From Ginkgo biloba (taxonomy: Eukaryota > Plantae > Ginkgophyta), in the NCBI GenBank assembly GCA_024626585.2, contig JANKJI020000004.1, positions 178,731,054 to 178,749,458 on the forward strand: a stretch of DNA of 18,405 nucleotides, in the 5' to 3' direction. The notes beneath the pieces were generated by a model. The model saw nothing but the letters and a program-made list of their open reading frames with translations, searched no databases and was not told where the DNA came from. The position numbers and the translations under genes were made by a program. The first letter of the stretch is position 1. Every line of letters begins with the position of its first letter. Below are positions 1 to 7,800 of the stretch, one piece after another.

Positions 1-199
1 CACTCTTTGAGAGGATGAATATAACTTTCCAAACCCTTCTAAGAAAAATATTCATCCTGAGAAGTCTCATAAATAATTCAAGAAATTATTAAGGAAGTTG
101 AATAGAAACAACTAATAAATCAATCAATAATAATTTTAGAAATGAAGAAAATATCACCTACCAAAAAGGTTAACTAAGATTACCAACATAACCCTTCCA

Positions 200-690
200 A
201 GACTCTCACTCCTTGAGAGAGACATCATAGGAAAAATTAAAATATTTAAAATATATAATCTATCTTCTATGTTCTACTCCAAATATTGGAAATAACCTAG
301 AAATTTAGTTGCTCTATAATCTATACAAGGACTCAAATATCAATATTCTCCTTACTACAATAATTGAGTGGTCAAAGAAGGGAGCATTTTCATCAAAATG
401 AATATTCAATAGATACCATAAAATTAATTGATAAATTGGATAAATACCTAAAAGTTCCATAAAATTAATTGATCAATTGGATAAATTTATGAGAAAGTCA
501 TTATTGACACCATTGTGGATAAGGGTTCCAACATCAATGTATTACAAGAATCAATAAGGATTCATATTGGAGAACAAGAATACATTCCTCCTAATAGTTC
601 CATATTATTTGCTAAATAATTAGAGATACAACCTTATGGAATATTACTAGATGTACAATGGAAGGATCAATTATATAATAATAATTTATC
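200..690 (+). mobile_element. Degenerate Ty3/gypsy gag-protease fragment (retropepsin)
   Basis: From 494: KVIIDTIVDKGSNINVLQES...IPPNSSILFAK*LEIQPYGILLDV, resembling retropepsin IVD.GS.VN.L....LADQ....P.G.L.DV; in-frame stop; left boundary approximate. Confidence 0.6.
416..486. repeat. 30-bp direct repeat, 2 copies (416-445, 457-486)
   Basis: ccataaaattaattgat(a/c)aattggataaat, one mismatch. Confidence 0.85.
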
Positions 691-2520
691 ATAACTTATC
701 TATNNNNNNNNNNNNNNNNNNNNNNNNNNNNNNNNNNNNNNNNNNNNNNNNNNNNNNNNNNNNNNNNNGTTCAAAATTTGAGGAAGAGATGTTGCAAGTT
801 TAAATGACCCTATTAAAAAATAAGGAATATGTTCACAACACATTATGACCATGGTCATTTAAGATAGAGAATTCAAGAATAAAACACGTGGTATTACTAT
901 TTGTTTCACGTAGTTCTCTTACTTAAGAAGTTATATTTCTAATACTGCATGCAAAACTACTATCTGTACTAAATCCATGGCCAATTATTACTATAAATAT
1001 ATATACCAAGATTCCAAATATCCNNNNNNNNNNNNNNNNNNNNNNNNNNNNNNNNNNNNNNNNNNNNNNNNNNNNNNNNNNNNNNNNNNNNNNNNNNNNN
1101 NNNNNNNNNNNNNNNNNNNNNNNAATATTGATCACTAATAAAGAAAAAAAAAATTAGTTGCATTCTTATTATAAGTGGAATTATATCCAAATCTTATGTT
1201 CCAAATGGATTTATAATAAATCCATCACTTAATTTATCTCTCAATACATTAAGATTGAGTAATTATAATTAGTATCCACTTAGTCTAGGTGAAAAAATCA
1301 TAAGTTTCTCCAAGATGATAAGAACTATACCCTAGTTCTCTTAATCAAGTGTGTAAAATATTACTAAAATATTGTCTAAGATACCCACTTATCTTGGTGA
1401 GGAACATGGACTTTATTCATAATTAAATATTAAGTTGTTTGATTGTTCCTACAAATGGGAACCTTGGTATTGAAGAGATTGTCTAACTAAAGTGAAAGTT
1501 GAAATTCATGAATAAAATATTATGGATGAGTGACTACCACATCTGTCTCTATTATTTGTGGATCATAAATCTTTATAAGATTAATGTTGATGACATAATT
1601 AATACTTTTTTTTAAGAGGAAAAAAGTATTTCATTAAATGGGATAATTTACATATGATACAATTTAAAATGAACCTAATGGTCCACCAAGGTTTGTCCCT
1701 ACACTAACTGTGAAAACAAAGGAAATTCTACATAGAAAAAAATTCCACTCTAAACATTTATTGGCTAGAACTTAGCGTCTCCACCTTTGTAACCTTTGAA
1801 ACTTAGAATTGGACCTAAATGATCCCTAATTTCCAAGTCTGACTCCCCATAAATCCTAGTTATATTAACACTATCTAATCCTTTGGAATCCTCCAAAATT
1901 CTCTCACTCTAAAATCATCCTTTTCCTAGGATTCTAAACTATATAAGAATATCAAGATGCTACCTTATGCCATCTCCACACCTATTGGGATTAAAATCAC
2001 ATTTGTTTCCAATAAAAATCAAGAAAATTAAACCTTCCTTTCCTTATTATACACTAGGACCCCATATGATCAAAATTTGAACCAGGTTTTGGTTATTCTT
2101 CTTTCTAATATTTAATTCTAGAAAAGTCATCTTAAGGCTCTGATTTGTTATGTGATAAAGTACTTCTTCCTGGCTATGCTTTCCTTACTCATTCTTTGAC
2201 CCTTTCTTATCCAAATAATTTTCCCANNNNNNNNNNNNNNNNNNNNNNNNNNNNNNNNNNNNNNNNNNNNNNNNNNNNNNNNNNNNNNNNNNNNNNNNNN
2301 NNNNNNNNNNNNNNNNNNNNNNNNNNGCTAAATAAATTTTAGAGAGATAATATTAGAAACTAGGAAGAGAAAACCCTTAGGCCAAAAACTCTCCAATGAT
2401 CCCCTTTAGTCATAGTCCCTAATAGGATTAGCTCCATAGAACCATGTGCTAGATCCTTCTTAGTTAGGATGGCACATCAAATAATTAAACTCCATCACTT
2501 TTAAAGTGGATGGAATGTAG

Positions 2521-2835
2521 CTTAAGATAAATCCTTTAAAAATCAAAGTCATCCTAAATTGGCCTACAATAAATAATTTTCATGATCTTAGAAGCTTCAT
2601 AAGTTTAGCCAATTATTTAAGAAAGTTTATTGTAGGCTATTTAAAGATAGCCTAATCCTTAAATGCTTTAACTAAGGGAAAAATAACTTTTACTTAGGCA
2701 AAGTGATAATAAAGCGATTTTGAAAAGCTCAATTACAAAATTAATAACACACCTATTTTGGCATTGTCGATATCCAATTATAATTTGAGATTGAAGATGA
2801 TGCATTAGGATATGTATTGGGAGTATTCTTGATTT
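2521..2835 (+). mobile_element. Degenerate Ty3/gypsy RT C-terminus/RNase H fragment
   Basis: LKINPLKIKVILNWP...DLRSFISLANYLRKFIVGY..IA*SLNALTK...FEKL..KI..TPILAL.(fs)FEIEDDALGYVLGVFL matches gypsy LRSFLGLANYYRKFI / PVLALP / FEIETDASG motifs; stops and a frameshift. Confidence 0.85.
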
Positions 2836-2839
2836 TATA

Positions 2840-3884
2840 TGTTGTTAACTAGATTTCATGTACCTAAAGAAAATAGAATATTTGACTAGAATTCCCAAGG
2901 TAAGGGTCACAAAAAAAATAGAACAGGCACGGGAGTTAAAATCCCTCCACTAATATAAGGGGAAACTCCCTCAAATATTTACAAAAATATAAGAAGGGGA
3001 AACATATAAAAATTATTCACAAATGTATCTACACTATACACTATGATCGGTATTGATTATATATAGAACACACATATAGGAAAAAAGTAGGAATGAGAGA
3101 GGAGCATAGAAAATCTACTACCTAACTTAGGTAATAAAGAAAGATTAAAATTTAGTGAGGAAAGAAAGATTAATATAAGACATTAAATTTAAAAAAAAAT
3201 TTAGCACCCTCTTAAGGATAACTCTCAATAGAATAAAGGAGGTCCTTCGGGTCTTTAAAAATGGACTAGAATAGCTTGGACAATCAAGAGTCGACATCAC
3301 CTAATCCCTTTTCCAAAGAAGCTAGTAACCCTTGGCTCCACCAGCTTCTAGTAGTACTCAAAAGAAGATAGAGATGAGTAATTACACACAAGATAAAATG
3401 ATCATCGAAGTTATACTCTAGTAGCGCTTGAAGTAATTTTCTCGAGAAATTATCCAATATGGAATGNNNNNNNNNNNNNNNNNNNNNNNNNNNNNNNNNN
3501 NNNNNNNNNNNCAAGTGAATAATCATTAGACTTACGAAGATAAAATCACTTTCAAGTAGTATGCTAGCAACACTTGACATAAAAAAATGGAATCTAACTC
3601 TAGTGATAGTACATCAATGGTCTTCACTATTAACCATCAACAATGCTTGATGATTAAAGTATGATTTATCCCATATAATTTTCCATACTAACACAAACCA
3701 ATAATGCTCGATTTGAATAGTATTAAAACCAATATGAAATCATTCAGGATTTATTCATAATAAAATTCCAAATTACATGTGTGAAACTTCAACAATCACC
3801 AAGGATGATTGAACTCTTGATTACAAGAAATCTTCAAGTACCCAATATAAGGAGTCAAAATTAACCACAAGGGTGTAAGTAGGT
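2840..3884 (-). mobile_element. Probable degenerate Ty1/copia 3' end: LTR ~2840-3206, PPT ~3207-3216, RNase H remnant ~3580-3880
   Basis: TGTT...GCA-bounded AT-rich block followed by ccctcttaag (purine tract on the minus strand). Minus-strand INPE*FHIGFNTIQIEHYWF...TRVRFHFF loosely resembles copia KNP.FH.RTKHIEI.YHF...RF..F. Confidence 0.4.
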
Positions 3885-4600
3885 TNNNNNNNNNNNNNNN
3901 NNNNNNNNNNNNNNNNNNNNNNNNNNNNNNNNNNNNNNNNNNNNNNNNNNNNNNNNNNNNNNNNNNNNNNNNNNNNNNNNNNNNNAGCAACAATGGATTG
4001 TTAAAAATAAAAAAGAAATAATAGCGTAGATACAAAGTGTTAAAAAAACGGACAATAAAAAGGTTAAACAGGAAAAAAAATACAGAAAATCAGAAATAGG
4101 GAATTGAATCATATTTCAAACCGGAAACATTCAATAAGAGACAAGGAAAGATAAGGTTGTAATTAGTGATGCCATTGAGACAGATCGCGATTCACACATA
4201 CGTGAATCCGGTGTGCCTTCATGTGGGACAACAAACTAGGCAATCAGTTTGGTCAGAGCGTGAGAGGAGAAGCATAAGAAAAAAGACCATTCCAATGAAA
4301 AATCGGCCAAATTAACGTTCCAAAGATAAGTTTTTGACGCGTGAGGTCTACTCCATTAAAATGCTTTTACGTATTCCACAGCTTAGACTGAAATCAACGT
4401 AAACAAATATTGCCTCTTCGGAAGCTAATGAGTGATTAGTTCAGTGCAAGTGAGATTCATATGAAATACAGAAAACGACGTGTGCATAACTTTTAATATT
4501 GGGTGGACTCGCAATGACTGTTTGACCTGCACATAACTCGCAGTGGACCCGATCACTGATTGCCGTTTGAACGTCGGCAATTTGATAGCGCGCCCGACAG

Positions 4601-4678
4601 TCAGGTTCTCCCTACGCGGCGCCGTTCAATCCAATGGCTCATGGGCGTATTGAATGGCGCCGCGTGGGGAGGAGCTGA
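4601..4678 (+). other. GC-rich inverted repeat/hairpin, 30-bp arms (4601-4630, 4649-4678) with 18-nt loop, ~100 nt upstream of the RLK ATG
   Basis: 26/30 Watson-Crick pairs, 3 G:U and 1 mismatch by manual pairing. Confidence 0.85.
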
Positions 4679-4780
4679 TGAGCGCATAGATTGCTCCGGC
4701 CATACAGCAGAGGCATATGCATGGACTTCAACTTAAATATCGGAGCATGCNNNNNNNNNNTTTTGCAACCGAGGTGATCT

Positions 4781-4856
4781 ATGGCTCGCGCAATCTATTT
4801 TCTCGTCATCGTCACTACAGTTTGCTTTGGGGTTATTGGGGTTGCAGACAATGAAG
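4781..4856 (+). CDS. RLK exon 1: signal peptide [25 protein letters not shown]
   Basis: ATG, hydrophobic stretch, phase-1 donor G|GTGC matching the phase of exon 2. Confidence 0.8.
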
Positions 4857-7800
4857 GTGCTCAGCTAACTAATTTTTCTGTTCAACTCTAAATTTCTCTT
4901 CTAATATCAATATTTGATTCAGATAATCGAATCAAATCTCAGAAATATTAACATTATATTGAGGCTTATAATGTTGAATTCTGTTTTGACTATGTTTCAG
5001 TTGTTGAATTCTATTTTGTTTATGTTTCAGTCGCTGTGCTGAGGGCAATTAAATCGGAATGGGAAAATACAGAACCCCTGAACTGGAATGATCCTGATCC
5101 TTGCGGCTCTCATTGGGTTGGAGTGTCGTGCATAGGTTCCCAAATAACGTCACTGTGAGTTTCCTTCTGGTGTTTTCCTTCATGAATGTTAGTTCCTACC
5201 ATATGTCAATTATATTCATCTGGAAAATCTTGGTACAGGATTCTAACAAGCATGAATCTCAGAGGAACGTTGGCAAACGACATCGGATACCTTAGCGAGC
5301 TGCAATCGCTGTAAGCAAGGATACCAAAGAAAATTCGTGAATATTTTGAACACTTTTCGTAGTTTTTCATTAGAAGTGGTCTTTTGGGTCCCGCAATAGT
5401 AATATATTTGCTTCGGCCATGCAGGGATTTATCATATAATCAGAACTTGACTGGACCAATCCCGAACACACTGGGAAAATTGATCAACTTAATGACCTTG
5501 TAAGAGAGGGCAGCTTGTTCTTAGAATTGCCCCTTTTTCTTTTGTTTGTTTTAATTATTGNNNNNNNNNNNNNNNNNNNNNNNNNNNNNNNNNNNNNNNN
5601 NNNNNNNNNNNNNNNNNNNNNNNNNNNNNNNNNNNNNNNNNNNNNNNNNNNNNNNNNNNNNNNNNNNNNNNNNNNNNNNNNNNNNNNNNNNNNNNNNNNN
5701 NNNNNNNNNNNNNNNNNNNNNNNNNNNNNNNNNNNNNNNNNNNNNNNNNNNNNNNNNNNNNNNNNNNNNNNNNNNNNNNNNNNNNNNNNNNNNNNNNNNN
5801 NNNNNNNNNNNNNNNNNNNNNNNNNNNNNNNNNNNNNNNNNNNNNNNNNNNNNNNNNNNNNNNNNNNNNNNNNNNNNNNNNNNNNNNNNNNNNNNNNNNN
5901 NNNNNNNNNNNNNNNNNNNNNNNNNNNNNNNNNNNNNNNNNNNNNNNNNNNNNNNNNNNNNNNNNNNNNNNNNNNNNNNNNNNNNNNNNNNNNNNNNNNN
6001 NNNNNNNNNNNNNNNNNNNNNNNNNNNNNNNNNNNNNNNNNNNNNNNNNNNNNNNNNNNNNNNNNNNNNNNNNNNNNNNNNNNNNNNNNNNNNNNNNNNN
6101 NNNNNNNNNNNNNNNNNNNNNNNNNNNNNNNNNNNNNNNNNNNNNNNNNNNNNNNNNNNNNNNNNNNNNNNNNNNNNNNNNNNNNNNNNNNNNNNNNNNN
6201 NNNNNNNNNNNNNNNNNNNNNNNNNNNNNNNNNNNNNNNNNNNNNNNNNNNNNNNNNNNNNNNNNNNNNNNNNNNNNNNNNNNNNNNNNNNNNNNNNNNN
6301 NNNNNNNNNNNNNNNNNNNNNNNNNNNNNNNNNNNNNNNNNNNNNNNNNNNNNNNNNNNNNNNNNNNNNNNNNNNNNNNNNNNNNNNNNNNNNNNNNNNN
6401 NNNNNNNNNNNNNNNNNNNNNNNNNAAGGTCCTATTCCACCCAACATCGGGAAAATGAAGAAAGTTGGTGAATTGTAAGAATCATTCTCTGGAAATTTCT
6501 TGTTACTTTGGAATTGGGAATCCAGTTATAAGAGAGATCAAATAGCGAATGAAAAGAAAATTGATTGCTCTGTGTAATAGTTGGTCCTGCGTTCTTGTCA
6601 GGCATCTGTCAAATAATAAGCTTAGCGGTAGTATGCCCGACTTATCCGAGATGACCGGACTCCAATATATGTAAGTCGTTATTTCAACACTTAAACTATA
6701 TTTGGCCTCTATTACTATTAAAGGGGACTAAATGCTGGTTTGCATCTTGTCAGGGACCTGAGTAACAATTCATTCGACCCATCGGAGTCTTCCGAATGGT
6801 TTGCGTCTTTGGAACTGTTGACGACAATGTAAGTTGGGTAGAGTTTTCACTGTCGAAACATAGTTCGTTACCCAATTCATATACTGGATACCTTTCTGAG
6901 AACTGTCGAAAATGTTTCAGTGTGATAGAAAACGGAAGTCTGGGGGGAGAGTTTCCGTCCAAGGTTCTTAATTTGCCACAACTTCAGACCGTGTGAGTAT
7001 GAAGATTTTCACACACTTTGCTCTCGTTCTGAGATTGGAATCAGCATAGATCTGATCTGTTGGTAATTATTACGGTCGTTTTGAACCGAACAGGAGGCTA
7101 CGGAACAATTTTTACAACGGAACGCTGAAAATCGACACCTCCGTAAGTCCCCAGCTACAACTGATAGACTTTGAGAACAACCGCATCACAGATGTCTCCT
7201 TGGGCGAAAGCTATAACCACACTTTACTGTAAGGGCTTTAACTTTCTAGTCTTATGGATAGAGAACATTTCAATATTGGACTGTAGGCCTCTCTCATGTG
7301 CTTGTTCTCATGAAGATTTGTAATGCAGACTTCAGAAAAACCCGGCTTGTGATGATCCGGACTCACTTGTGTCGATGATTAAACCATGTCATTCAGAAAG
7401 GACAGACAAATCCAGCTATAAAGCCAATCGCAAACATTGTGGAGCCGAGACATGCAGTGGAGATTGGAGACTCAATTCGCAGAGCTGTNNNNNNNNNNNN
7501 NNNNNNNNNNNNNNNNNNNNNNNNNNNNNNNNNNNNNNCGTTTCTCGAATGGAAAAGCTGACCGAGTCCCTGTGGATGCAATTGAATCTTTCGAAGGGAG
7601 CTGTCTTCATTTACTCCGCCTCTTTTGATACCAATTATTATCTCAATGTACATGTGCAGCTTTTTCCATCAGGCATGAGGATGTCTTTTGAACGATCAGA
7701 AATTTTGAGGATTGGATACGCTCTTAGCAGTAAAGCCTACAGCCCTCCCCCTGAATTCGGAACCTTTTACTTCATGGCATATCCATACGACTTTTCTCAT

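Noticed and set aside
778-1460. Possible PPT followed by an LTR starting TG at 790
   Set aside because: No partner LTR, flanked by gaps, and no clear PBS.
1605-2450. Possible minus-strand LINE fragment (poly-T head, FYW...WHKVA motif)
   Set aside because: Similarity too weak to support without a profile search.
4330-4530. W-box (ttgacc), ACGT and CGCG motifs in the promoter
   Set aside because: Short motifs expected by chance; no clustering or conservation evidence is available.
4605-4628. Left hairpin arm faintly resembles miR482/2118 (tccctac core)
   Set aside because: Too many mismatches, and it is on the 5' arm whereas miR482 matures from the 3' arm.
5515-6478. Long ORFs of ~300 aa in the ORF track
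   Set aside because: Artefacts of the N-run; only [16 protein letters not shown] is real exon sequence.
7143-7148. GTAAGT cryptic donor inside an LRR exon
   Set aside because: Its phase is incompatible with the next acceptor, and the downstream residues match the family consensus.
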